Assembly: GCF_009914755.1 (NCBI RefSeq)
Contig: NC_060934.1
Length of the DNA: 64,000 nucleotides
From: the human T2T-CHM13v2.0 reference genome, Homo sapiens
Direction: 5' to 3' (one strand)
Position numbers and translations under genes: made by a program. The notes beneath the pieces were generated by a model that was not told the origin of the DNA, made no database searches, and saw only the letters and a program-made list of their open reading frames with translations. Every line of letters begins with the position of its first letter. Position 1 is the stretch's first letter. Of this stretch, positions 1-16,460 are shown one piece after another.

Positions 1-450
1 TTGTAGAATTCCTAGTAACTGCTATAGGTAATCAATGGGTTAAATAAATCAAGATCAATAATGTTGGTTTTTCTCTAGCTTATTTATAAGTGATGTTTTT
101 AGAGAATAGTTCATTTAAATTTCTAGGTCACCTGCTCATTAACTGTTGAATAAATATAATCTAGGTAAAGAATGAATTATATCTAAAGCTCCATCAATTG
201 ATCAAATCCTAAATGAATGAAATTTTAACCTCCCAGAGATAAAGTTTCATTGACTTTAAGCTCCACAATGTTGTGGCATGCCTTAGGTAAACAGTCTGAA
301 TTTTTTTGATTGTGCTAATAGTTACAAAAATAAAATTGCTTACTTGGTTAGTAAACTTATTTTATAAGCCATAGTGACTCTTAGCCAAATTCTAATTAAG
401 CAAAGCAGTTAACTTGCTCTCCTCTGTATGTGACCTGGTAAGGCATTCTT

Positions 451-855
451 TTTTTTTTTTTTTTTTCAGTAGTGCATATACTGATTTATTTTTTATTTAT
501 TTTTTTATTATACTTTAAGTTTTAGGGTACATGTGCACATTGTGCAGGTTAGTTACATATGTATACATGTGCCATGCTGGTGCGCTGCACCCACTAACTC
601 ATCATCTAGCATTAGGTATATCTCCCAATGCTATCCCTCCACCCTCCCCCCACCCCACAACAGTCCCCAGAGTGTGATATTCCCCTTCCTGTGTCCATGT
701 GATCTCATTGTTCAATTCCCACCTATGAGTGAGAATATGCGGTGTTTGGTTTTTTGTTCTTGCGATAGTTTACTGAGAATGATGATTTCCAATTTCATCC
801 ATGTCCCTACAAAGGACATGAACTCATCCTTTTTTATGGCTGCATAGTATTCCAT
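451..855 (-). mobile_element. 5'-truncated L1 3' end (L1PA2-like) with interrupted tail / short 3' transduction
   Basis: ORF2 C-terminus ([19 protein letters not shown]...GGN) and 3'UTR on the minus strand; GAG-type diagnostic and AACTTAAAGTAT; TSD ggcattctt at 442-450 and 856-864. Confidence 0.92.
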
Positions 856-1852
856 GGCATTCTTATTCACAAAAACAGAGGTGGCATGTATAGGAATCCT
901 ACTATTAATTGGGATGTACTTCAAGATTACAACATGGCTGCCATTTACACATGTCAAAATCATAATTATTGTGAACCATTAATTACAAATCACAAAATTA
1001 CACTGTCCACAATTGTGAAGGGTCTTGGAATGTTTAAAGTAAACTCAATTTATGGTTTTTATCTCTCTGTGCCTCATTTTCCTTATCCATGAAACAAAGC
1101 TAATAATAGTACCTACTTTATAGTACTAAAAGGATTAAGAGTTAAAATATGTAAGGCACTGAGACAACACCTGGCACAGAGTGGGTACTAGGTAATGTTT
1201 GCAGTTCCTAGGAAAATGTCCAGTCCCCTCAAAGTCTGAAGGTTCCATTGGATCCAGATATCAGTCCCACTTGCTTTCACAGATCATAGCTGGTAAAAGG
1301 TGTATTTCAGAATCACAGCGTTCTCCAGATTCAACTTCAGCATGTTTTTCGTTTCCAGGTATAAACGTGCATAGTTTTCCTTTAACAACTATACTACTGA
1401 TTGAGTCAGTAAAGTCTTTAAAGCAGTAGTTCCTCACTTTTTGGCATCTGGGAACAGTTCGATTATCTGATGAAACTCCAGGCTCTTTCCCAGAAAAAAA
1501 GTACATGTAAAAAATTACATTCCATTTCAGCAGTTTCATAACCTCCCTCCAAGGTCATCCATGGACCCCAGATTAAGAATCAGTGTTTGCAGTACAGCTA
1601 TTATGGAAAACAGTATGGGGTGGTTCCTCAAAAAATTTAAAATAGAGCTACTATATGATTCAGCAAGCCCACTTCTGGATGCATATCCAAACGAATTGAA
1701 ATTGCTGTATTAAAGAGAGATTTGTACTCCCATGTTCATTGCAGCATTATTCACAATAGCCAAGATATTAAAGCAACCTATGTGTCCGTTGATGGAAGAG
1801 TGGGTAAAGAAAGTATGGTGTATATACACAACGGACTACTCTTCAGCCTTGA

Positions 1853-2289
<437 letters not shown>

Positions 2290-2624
2290 TGAAATAAGCC
2301 AGGCACAGACAGACAAATATGCATAATCTCACTTATATGTGGGATACAGAAATGTTGAACTCAAAGAAGCAGAGAGTAGAATGGTGGTTATCAGCAGCTG
2401 CAGGAGGAGATGGGAAATGAGATGTTGGTCAAAGGGTAGAAAGTTTCCGTTAGGAGGAGTAAGTTCCTGGAGATCTCTTGTACAGCATAGTGACTATAGC
2501 TAATAATAATGTATACTTGCAAATTGTTAAGAGAATAGATTTTAAATATTCCCACCACAAAAAATTAAGTATGTGAGGTGGTGAATATGTTAATTAGCTC
2601 GATTTAATCATTCCACAATGTACA

Positions 2625-2964
2625 TGTGTTAGTCTGTTCTCACGCTGCTGATAAAGGTAATTTATAAAGGAAAGAGGCTTAATTGATTCACAGTTCCACA
2701 TGGCTGGGGAGGCCTCACAATCATGATGGAAGGTAAATGAGGAGCAAAGTCACATCTTACGTGGCAGCAGGCAAGAGAGCTTGTGCAGGGGAACTCCCAT
2801 TTATAAAACTATCAGATCTCATGAGACTTATTCCCTACCATGGGAACAGTATGGGGGAACCGCCCCCCATGATTCAATTATCTCCACCTGGCCCTGCACT
2901 TGACACGTGGGGATTATTACAATTCAAGGTGAGATTTGGGTGGGGACACAGCCAAACCATATAA
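2625..2964 (-). mobile_element. MaLR solo LTR, THE1C-like
   Basis: THE1 termini (tgtgttagtctgttctcac ... ggggacacagccaaaccatat); 5-bp TSD gtaca/gtata. Confidence 0.88.
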
Positions 2965-3107
2965 GTATACATATCAAAACATCACATTGTACACCATAAA
3001 TATATACAATTGTTGTCAACTAAATCAAAAAAGAATCACTGTATGAAAGCATGGCTTGGAAGACAGCCACACTTGGATCTTGTTCTTTTAACAATGTTAA
3101 AGCAACT

Positions 3108-3174
3108 GGAGACAGGAGTACATATTTACACATTGTAAGTGGAGACAGGAACACATATTTACACATTGTAAAGG

Positions 3175-3214
<40 letters not shown>

Positions 3215-3230
3215 CAGTCCACACTATATG

Positions 3231-3272
<42 letters not shown>
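3108..3272. repeat. 33-bp tandem duplication followed by (TA)n and (TA)n(GA)n
   Basis: ggagacagga..catatttacacattgtaa occurs twice; dinucleotide runs at about 3177-3212 and 3227-3272. Confidence 0.9.
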
Positions 3273-3305
3273 ATAGTTTTCCTTCAACAACTATACTGTT
3301 GATCG

Positions 3306-3619
<314 letters not shown>

Positions 3620-4699
3620 TAGTGAGCTAAGTACTTCCAATAAAAAGTTTTGCTGATGGTGAAGAAGATGAAGAAGGAGAATGAAGAAGAGAACAAGCAG
3701 AGGAAGAGAAGGAGTCATTCAAAATGGATAAAGGTAAGCAAACTGAAGGGATACTTTTACCTCTAAATGAGCCACAAGTATGCAATAGTGTTTTGCTACT
3801 GTGGAATACTGTGTAGCTATTATTAGCAACTCTGGAGGCAGTTTGAGCAACTGATTATATCTAAGGCCTTCTTTTAAACCTTAAACAGGTAAAATATTTT
3901 TATGGGGCTGTCCACAACTGTTCAATGAATCAGACATAAAAGAAATGCTAATTATGGGAACTGAGCTGTGAATTCTGAGTGACCCTAGAGACAAAATGCT
4001 TATCTGGTGGTCTTATGTTGCTGGACATTTATTAGAGTTTTGAGATTACATTAACTGATTTTCACCTTAAGTGCTCTACCTGGAGAAGCAGTAAAAGCTT
4101 CTGAAAAGGAATTATTTTAAAGAGGTAGTGACATTGGCCAGAAGATGTGTCTGCTGAATCAGGGGGCAGTGTGAGGAGAAGAACCCAAGTAGGGTGTGAT
4201 GGGCTTGCCACAGCCAAGAGCTGCCACTTTGATCAGGACTCACGAGGACCCTACTCATTCCTCTGTTCAAGAGTGGCCAATGCCTGAGACCAAAGAGGAT
4301 GGATGATGATACTTAGAACAAATATCATAGAATAAGGTCAAGGTCCCACTTACACTTCTGCTCTTTCATGGTCTCAGCTTGCATCCCTGCCTCTGAGCCA
4401 ATTATCTTTTCAGGAACTACAAGCTCTCACATTGTTTTGCCCCTGCCTACCTCTCCTCCCTGGTCCTCTATCACTCTCCCTTGCCTTACTCAACCCTCGT
4501 CCCCAAGGTCATCTCTCTGTTCCTGGACCATCCCCAGCTCATCACTGGCTCAGAGACTGTGTGGTTATGGTCCCTTCTCCCAGGACATTCCTTCTGCAGA
4601 CATTTGCATGGCTGATTCATTATTATTTTTAGACCTTAACTTGGCTAGCAACTTTCTGTCCCTTGCCTTGTCACTTTCTTCTATATCATCCTATTTATT

Positions 4700-5110
4700 T
4701 TATTTATAGCACTTAACCCTCTCTGAAAATAACCTGTTGATTTTTTTTTCTTGACCATTGTCTATCTTCCTCATTAGAATGTGAGCTCCATAAGAGCAGG
4801 AACTTTCTACATTTTAGTCACTGCGTAGTCCCCAGGCCTATCATAGAAAAAGCACCAAATATATATTTGTTGGATAAAAGAATGAAAGATCATCAGCATA
4901 GCTACCATTTATTGAGCATTTACTCTGTGCCAGGCACAAGGCTGTAGGTTTTTCAATTAACTTGCACAACAGCCCTCCAAGATAGGTATTTATCATTCCC
5001 ATGGTACAGGTTAGGTTTTGCAGAGAGCTTATGCAACTTTCCCAATGTCACAGCTAGCAAGGAACCAAGACTTGATTTGAACCCAGATGTATCTGACTCC
5101 AACACTCATT
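4700..5110. mobile_element. L2 3' end and MIR fragments
   Basis: tagaatgtgagctccataagagcagg (L2 tail); atttattgagcatttactctgtgccaggcac and ttgaacccag (MIR). Confidence 0.65.
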
Positions 5111-5127
5111 CTCTAAGTCAAAATCAG

Positions 5128-5338
5128 CACTTTTTAAAAAATCAATGGCCAGATAGTAAATATTTTAGGCTTTGTGGGCTATATGGTCCTGGTCACAACT
5201 ACTCAACCCTTTTGTAGCATAAAAGCAGCCTTAGACAGTATATAAGAAAATCGATGTGCTGTGTGCCAATAAAACTTTATTCATCAAACAGATAGTGAGC
5301 AGTATTTGGCCCAGGAGCCATAGTTACCAATCTCTCCA
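5128..5338. mobile_element. MER58A-like hAT-Charlie MITE
   Basis: gccagatagtaaatattttaggctttgtgggc ... caataaaactttatt. Confidence 0.75.
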
Positions 5339-6654
5339 TTAAGTCATTGTTCTATATATGCTATTCTAGAAAGGGGTTTAAAAATGAGGGGGTGAAGAAA
5401 AGAAGAACATTCAAATGTGTACTATGTTCATGGTAAGCCCTCTTTTAATAAGTAAGACAGCAGGTAGATAACTGTTAAGTTTAAAAAGGCAAAATAGGAA
5501 ATTGAGTTCTAATAGGAATTATGACTCCAAACCTTTTGACTGAATTATAACCATCACTTAAGACTACAGTAGAGTTTAATTCAAATAATCTATGACATTT
5601 TAAGCAAGGTTCCATTCGCATTGTAGTTATGCATAATTTTACATGCTGACACCATAAAATACCTACATAAATTTTCATCTCAAGCATGTCCAAAATAGTA
5701 CCAAGCCACTCTGTTAAAAACCCTTCTTCTTTCAACCATGGAGCCTGGACACCTCAGTCTTTCCTTCTCAAGCAAACTTATGAGTCACTGGCCAGGGGTA
5801 AAAGGCAAGATATGAATCACGGGTCTGAGCCAGCCTAGAGAAATCTAAAATCTCATTTGGAAAGGTGAACATTATTTGTGCTCTGTTGTTTAGTAATTCA
5901 GAGTGGTTCTTAAGACCGAATATCAGCATTGAAGCAAAATATCAACTCGCCATCCCTTGGGTCTAGGCTGGGAGTCAGGGGCTGAACTTTGAGAAGGTGG
6001 GAGAACAATGGACAAAGGAGGTAGTTTCAGTGGTGCTTGACGGTGTGTAAGCAATGGGTTAGTGTGAGCTGGAGTGTAGAGGACAGGCCTCCTCTCAGCG
6101 CTGTGGTAGGGGGAGCAGAGGGGAGGGAGAGAGAAGCAGTGAAACACTCAGTCTCCTCTTCCTGTTTCATCTAGCTAAGATGGAAATATAGAAACCCCCT
6201 TCTCTGGGGTAGCCCTAGGTATTTAGGAAAGTATTAGACAAAATATTCATTTCTCTCTTATCCTGAAGAAAGAGTCCCTCTAAAAACAAGCCTCCAAAAA
6301 AGATTCCCTCTGCAAATAGCACACTGGTCTAACACCTTATTCTCCTTAATTTTTGTGTAATTTTCTAAACATGGGCCATAAATGTTTGAGCAGAAAAGCA
6401 GCCCCAGCATGGGAGAACCAGCATCTGAAGGGGACTCTGGAGAGGGGCAATCTGCCCCTGCTCTGCCAACAGCCAGCATTGAGGTCCTAGTTACTAAGGC
6501 TTTCCCACTCTGCCCCTTTCTAAGCCTTTTTTCTTGTCAGTAACAGAATGAGTCAACCTCAAATTTTTCACCCACTCAAACTTCTGCTTTTGTTATCTGT
6601 TTAACATGTTATATTCATTAGTGTTTAGAGTTACCATTTAAGATGATACACATT

Positions 6655-6880
6655 ACTAACAATAATGGATTTCTAGTGAGCACTTAGTATTTACCAGGAC
6701 TGTGCCACACGCTCTCCATACACTCTGTTATTTAATTCTCATAACTGTCCAACTCGAGAAAGACCCTTATGATTACAGACTTGTCAGATATGATGCTGCG
6801 GTTCAGGAAGAAGAACTAAGTTTCCCAAGGTCACACAGGGAGTAGGTGGCAAAGCTGGGATTTGAGGCAGAGTCTGTTTT
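6655..6880. mobile_element. MIR
   Basis: cccaaggtcacacag..ggtggcaaagctgggatttga core. Confidence 0.65.
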
Positions 6881-7650
6881 TTAAAGAACTACTCTGTCTT
6901 CATGTTCCTTGGAGCCCCTAGTCAGTGTCTCACTGAGAGGAGGGTACAGCTTCAAACTCCCTCACCCTGAATTCCTTCTCACTGTGACATGAGGCCTCTC
7001 TCTATGCCAGGCTACCAAACACCAAGGTGTATTCCGTGGAGGAGATGGCACAGCAGCTGCTGTCAATATCCAAAGCATGGTGTCTTGAGACACTAAGAAC
7101 CCGTGCCTAATCAGTGCCTCCAGGAGGAGCATGCTGCTAATGCACATGGTAGAAGGTCCCTTGTCCTCAATTCCTATTGCCATTGTCCTGCTCAAGCACA
7201 CAGATAGAACAATGCTGTCTGCAAATCTCTGGTTATTACAGAATTTTTTCTTTGTTCTTTTTTTTTTTTTTTTTTGATAGGAAGAGACAACCCTTTCAAG
7301 GATGGCCCAACTTCAACCGTCTGGTGACACAAGAGATCTGGGGGCTCTTCTTGAAATAGACAGTTGGGGATTTTAAGATGATATATCAGCACTGGCTTGA
7401 GTGGGAAGAGGGTTGGGAGTGGGTAGGGGAAGAAGAGTAGGTTGTAAAGATAGAGCAACACTGGCAAAGCTAATGATTTTCACAGATCTGACTCCCTCGG
7501 TGGTTGGGGAGAGAAGTTTATTTATTGCATGTCTACTATGATCTGTTGTTTTCCTATAAACTGGGCATTAGGTTCTGACAACAGTGTGAAAATCTGATGT
7601 TTTACAGATGAGGAAATGAAGCTCACATGGCTAGTAAGAATCAAAACAGG

Positions 7651-9849
<2,199 letters not shown>

Positions 9850-10086
9850 AAGAATCAAAACAGGGATTCTATCTTCTTCACTCTACCTCCATGCCTGTGC
9901 AAATAATTCAGCTTATCCAGCTCTCATTCAGATTTCCATGAAGTAGATGCCCCTTTCTCAACAGAATATCTATTCAAGCTACAAAGCCTAATACAGTGCC
10001 TAGCACAGAGTAGAAGCTCAATAAAACAGGATGCATTAACAACTCTTAATGTGGTTTCTCAAACTCAGGTAGAAATCATCTGATCC

Positions 10087-10295
10087 AGTAGTTCTCAACC
10101 AGAGGTGATTTTGCTCCACAGGGGATATTTGTAAATGTCTGGAGATATATTTAGTTGTCACAAATGAAGGGAGAGGTACCACTGGCATCTAGTGCTTAGA
10201 GACAGGACACTGCTAAACTTCCTATGATGTACGGGACAGTCCCCACACGAAAAGACTTATCTGATATATAGCACCTATAGGGCCAAGGTTGACCC
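10087..10295. mobile_element. MER20 hAT-Charlie element
   Basis: cagtagttctcaacc..ggtgattttgc..aatgtctggaga...ctggcatctagt. Confidence 0.8.
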
Positions 10296-10539
10296 ATTCT
10301 GATCCAACCTAACACATTCTACAGATAAGGACACCCAAACCCAGGGAGATAAAGAGACTTGCATAGGTCCACACAGCTGGCAGAGCCTTGATGAGAAACA
10401 CTGCTTGAAATCTTCTACAATGTTCTTGCCCCTGCATAAGCAGCCAGCACAGGTTCCGAAGGAACACAGTGTCCCCTTAGAGGCCCTGCTGCCCACCAGC
10501 TTCATGCTCCCTAAACTTCCTTTTCTTAGGGAAGTAAAC

Positions 10540-10571
10540 CAAACACAATGATCAAGCCAAATGAATTTATT
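10540..10571 (-). terminator. Candidate cleavage/polyadenylation site
   Basis: Minus-strand AATAAA (10571-10566), then CA about 15 nt downstream, then GU-rich tgtgtttggttt. Confidence 0.35.
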
Positions 10572-13500
10572 TTAATAATGAAATAGGCAAGCTAAAATAA
10601 TAATTAAGTAGACATATTAGGTCATGGTAGAAACTGCCAGAAACATTCTCTCTAAAATGTATATTGTTCGCATTATCATTGTCACCAACAACCATGTTTG
10701 GCCTTCTATGTGCCAGGAGATGTGCTGGGTCTCAAGCAAGAGACAGGCAGAGGGAGAAGGTGTCCACCAATATCACGCTCAAGATATATCTTTGACCTCA
10801 AGAAGCACTCAACCCAAGCATGAGAGTCTCTTTTGCAGTTGCTGTCACAGAGAGAAGGCAACATTGCAAACATGGGTAAAGCAAAATGCTCCTTACAGCT
10901 AAATATGTAAGCATTGAGGTCCTAGCATGACCTGCTTATTTTAAACAATGTTTAACACAGGAACATTCAACTACAGCCCAAGAACTTGGACTTTGCCACT
11001 TATATTCTTGGGATTCGGCTTGCCTGGTGGACATTTTGTTGTATCTGTCAAGCTTGTGAGGGACTTCCAGTGCCCTGGACCATGTCTCAAGTGTCAGGAT
11101 AACCACATGCATCAGGGGACTTCATTTAATCACAGCAGAGCCAATGATCCCAAGATGCCCCAACAGAAGCACGTGGATAGAGAACCCCCAAGATTCGGCT
11201 ACCATAAATCAACGTACTGGCATCTTTTGCAGCAGTCTCTAAGCTGCATCTAAGTGGAAGCTGGTGACCTGAATTAACACCACTCTGAAGATCAACTTTT
11301 ATCCTGAAATATCAATGAAAAATTAAACATCCTGATAACCCTGAGTACTAATGGCTTTTATTTCCATTGCAACTGCTTTCTGAGACGGATAGTTTCCCCT
11401 TTAGATTTTCATGACTCTGGCCCAGAAAGTGGATACTTGAGGCATTAAACATACAGGAGCCTGAGACGCCAAGAAAACAGTAGTTTCTATTTAAGGATTT
11501 GGCTGCAATAGCCAGCTAAGTGTCTTGGGGAAGTGAATGGAATTTGAATAGATCAACTCTGCCACTCTGCTACAGGCTGGGAAATCAAAAACTAAGAAGG
11601 ATATCCCAAGGGCTCCTGCATGGGTTTAGGCATGAATGTTAGCCTCGGTGACAAGCAGCTTTTTGAACAATGCTTCTCGGACTCTGAGCTATTACAGTGC
11701 AGTAAACCAAGGGATACTAATTTTTTAATTCTGCCCAGTCATAATGTTAAAATTAAATTAAACATAAATTGCCAATCAACTAACCCCATCATTTGATAAA
11801 AGAAGTAATGCTTTAAAATCCCAACAAGCAGGAAGGATAGACTCTCAAAACGAAGGGAAGTTCCTCAAATTGAATACATTCACCCTAGACTGGAAAAAAC
11901 ATCATAAGCCAACAGCTATCTGCTGTCTGGAATGTGGGTGCCATGAATGCTAAACAACCACTGGCGTTGGCTGGAGAAGGATCAGATTTGAGACCCAGCT
12001 GGAATGGAGATGGTGTTCAGGGCAAGGACAGGGATTGGGGATGGGGACAGTTGAGAAGAAACACATTGCACTGTGAATACACTGCACTGCTCTATGGTCC
12101 GGTCACATTTTCCACTCTGTAATGCTGCACTAAATTGCCTGTTGAATTACCAGTCTCTTCCATTGGGCTGTGAGTTCCTTGAGAGCAGTGACTATGCCTT
12201 GTTGCCCTGATTCATGGAGCTAATTAGACATGGGGCAGGAATGATGGTGTAGTCAGGCACGGAAGGAGTGATGGCGAAGCCCCAGGGATACACAGTGCTG
12301 CTTCACGGATCCATGCAATCGGATGATTAGAGAGCACATTTTCTAGTATCTAGTAGTGCGTGTTGTTCTGTCTGGGTAGTGGAAGGGGCCCCACCCCTAC
12401 CTTACCCAGCGGGCTCAGCCTGAGCATCAGCCCACAGGATAATTAAAATGTGCTCCAAGGGGAGCCTGATGGGAGTCAGAATTGCTGCTGCCCCATCCCT
12501 GGGGGACCACTGAGCAAAAGTTCAGCTCCTCTCCCACATTGCCTGCAGATGTCCAAGTGGGAACAGAGCTGATTGTGGGGAGAAGCCAGCCTCCTGCCTG
12601 CTGCTGCTTCATGGTCCCCCTGGTTTTCCCATAGCCAAGTCCTAGCAGAGCTCTCAGTACCAAGGTTTATCAATTTTCCCAGGCCCCTGTTCCTCACAGT
12701 CACTTTTTGGAATTGACTCAAAAAAAGAATGACACTGTTACTAGCAGCCTTCAGGGTTCATTTCTATGGCAACCATCCCTTTCCTGCAGAATGTCCAGCC
12801 CACAGGGAAATGAATGTCACTTTCTTTCAAGACTCATTTTGGGTGTTTTTATGGCCAATCTGATTTCTGGCAGGATGCTGAAGCCCATAACACAGCTACA
12901 CTTCCCGCCAGCCCCACAGGGCATGGGTAGAGTTTGCATGCAAAGCTCACTAAGCAAGTGCACCCAGGCAAGGCGGACAGGGTAGGGAAAGGGCTCCTGT
13001 CTGCCTGTGCCTGGAGAGCCCAGGAGCCGTGATGCAATGATTTAATTAGCACTGACTCAGCCTGACACGCAGGGTCCCTGTTTTACGTCTGACGTGCTGT
13101 GGCAGTTGGAGAACCCAGTACCACGTGGTGGGAATAGCAAGGCTGAAGTTCTGGGAACTGAAGGATGAGAGTGAATATTTCATTGCACATATACTATCAT
13201 TTTCCTCTTACGAGCTGTTGGGGGTAATTGCCTTGGAGTACAACTTCCTATTCAACCTCTCTTTGGAAATGTTCTTGATCTAGAGTTTTGTTGCATAGCA
13301 TCTCTGTCCCTTTCTTAACATTCAACTCTCTATGACTCCACCATCAAACAGGGAGTTTTCAAATCTTGAATTCATGTGGAGAAGAGTTGTGTGCCCTGAA
13401 GTCTCATGCCTACCTCAGTTTCCCCACCATTATTGCTCTCTTCAGGCATCGTCGGCTAAAACACCAATGCCCTGGGAGGTCTCACTAAGCCCCATGACCA

Positions 13501-15191
13501 GCAAACAATGGGGGATATTGGATAACAGACAGCTGAAGGCAAGAGTGAGACCCCAGTTAGGGAAGAAGAGATGGAGAAAGAATGCATATGCTTCTGGAGG
13601 TCAAGGGGACAGCCCCCCTCAACCCCACCCAGGAAAGGTGGGAGAGAATTGAAGATGCTGATATCTCCATTCTTTCAGGGGCCTGAGGCTAACTAAGCAT
13701 TTCCTTTCATCGCCCTCTGCAAACTTAGCCTCCCCACCACCTCCAGAGTTTCTGCTCTGTCTGGAAAAAATGCTAACCAGCCATTTGTAAGAGATGTCAC
13801 TAATAAGAGCTCACAATAGACACTGTGTGCTGTGCAGAGGGAACATCATGAGCCTGGGGGAGGTCAAGTGGAAAGCACTGGGAGCACTCATGGGCAGCCA
13901 AGGAACAGACCTAGGCCTATTCTCAAATCTTCAGCTCCCTGCTGCCCTCGCAGCGTTCCTGTTCTCAGAATCTCACCATCCAAAGAATCCCACCCCAGGT
14001 GGGTTAACTGCCCAGGCAGGACGTGCAGGTGCTTGGAGAGGAAGGACACAGAGAACTGGGTCTACAGGAAGGATGTAGTTCCTGGAAAGGGGCTTAGGGA
14101 GTTTTTCCCATAGGAGTGACCCCAGGGGAGTGAATACTGGGATCCAGCTGGGGGAAGTAGGAGGGAGGTGCTGAGAGAATGGGGATTCTAGAAGACAAAA
14201 CTGGTCACTTCTTCCTCCTGCCGTCCTTGAGTTTGGGCCTAGCTTCTCTCCACCAGCAGAAGCACCTGGGGAAGAAGAGCCCAGGATAGGGAGTCAGAGG
14301 CCCTCGTTTCACCTGGATCTAACCTGCCATCAAATAACAAAATGCTAGAGGTGGCCAACTCAGTCTTAGGAATCATTCAGTCCAACTCTCTCATTTTATT
14401 CTCACAGACTCTGAGCCCCAGAGAGGTGCAGGTCCATGGCCAGGGCGGCAAGTATTGAGAACTTCCTGCATTCTGGTCGAGGCGGGCTATTAAGGATTCA
14501 AATCCTATTGGTTCATCAGTGGGTCTCCCACCCCATCGAAACTAGGTCCTCTGTTCTTTTTCTCATCACATATGGGACTGAGCTATTTGTTTGTGTGATT
14601 TTTTAAATGTCGGTCATCCCCATTCAACTGCAAGTTCCACAAGGGCACGCAGCTTTCTCAGCCTCATTCTCTATTCTACCCGCTGTGTGCCTCACACACA
14701 GTAAGCACACAACCCATATTTACAGAACACAGAATCTGTACTCTCAAAGTAACCTCATGAGAAAGTATTACACCCATTTTACAAAGGAGGAAACTAGAGC
14801 TTGAACAATTTAAATAACAAGTGAAAAAAGCAAGATTCAGCTCTGGATTCTAATGACCTTTTTCCTTAGGCTGTCTGCTTTTCTAACAAAAGATTAACAG
14901 ATGTATGAGGGTTTCTTAAGCTGGGGACCTTGGTTTAGACTTTTTCAAACATGATGTTCTAGAACCAGATGCTCCAAGACCATTCCCTGAGAGAAGAGAA
15001 GAGGAAGGGCCACTTGGAGACTAAGGGCGGCCCAAAGCAGGTGTCCCCAGGCAGGTGCCCCGTCTTGCCTAATCAGGCATAAGTGTGGAGCCCACAATTG
15101 TCAGTGGTCAGAAAAGATGTTAGGTCAGGGGTCCAGTCAAGGAAGAGGGGGCTGAGGACCACTAAGCAGGGAGAAAACCCCAACTCAGTAA

Positions 15192-15592
<401 letters not shown>

Positions 15593-15659
15593 AGTCATCA
15601 GGATGCAGTGAACCCAAAGCTTAGGGTCTCGAGAAAGCCCCTGGTTGATGAAAAGGGCA

Positions 15660-16460
15660 AAGGCTTGGAGGCTAGACCAGCCTGCCATTGAGTCTCAGCT
15701 CTAGCACTTACCAGCTTGGGCATATTCCTTATGCTCTCTTAGCCTTGGTTTGTTCATCTGAAACACAGGGTGGTGGTAATCCCTCTACCTCATAAGGAGG
15801 AAATATGAGATCAGCCAGGGCAAAGCACTCAGCACAGTGCCTGAGATACAGTCAGCTTCTGGACAATGGTAGCTTCATTAAGCACTTACTTCAAGGCTGG
15901 AAAAACGATTTGGAGCTCCTCTTCATGTTTAGGCGAAAGCCTGTAAGTGCTTAACCCTGGCTACCAAGGCAGGTGAGAGGGACGGGAAAGCTGATCTTGA
16001 CAGGGAGAACAGAGCAGATCTCAGAACTGAAAGCATCTCAGCTCAGGGTCTGTGCTTGCTAATCACTGTATTCTCAAAGCCTTGCTCACAGCTTGGGACA
16101 TGGTCAGTGCTCAATAGGCCCAGCTGAATGAATGGGTCCAACCGAGCATGTGAAACAGTTACAATGTTTTTACCATCAGCCTGCTATCATTCATTCATTT
16201 CTCACTGGCTCTTTCAGCCCTAGAGTGGTCATGATGACATAGATGTAAAGAAAAAAAAGCATGGGCTCTGAAGTCTGCCATTTACTGTGTTAACTTGGGC
16301 AGTTTCCTTAACTTATAGTTTGCTCATTCATTAAATGGGTTGACACTCACCTCAGTGACCTCAGTGGCTCATTGTGGGGACTGAGTTAATAAGATAAAGC
16401 CCTTAGAAGAGTGTTGGGTATATAGAAAACACTCCATCAATGTTAGCCATTATCACAAGA
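15660..16460. mobile_element. MIR and L2 fragments
   Basis: MIR cores at about 15670-15875 and 16260-16455; L2 tail at about 16040-16135 (gtgctcaata..tgaatgaatg). Confidence 0.55.
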
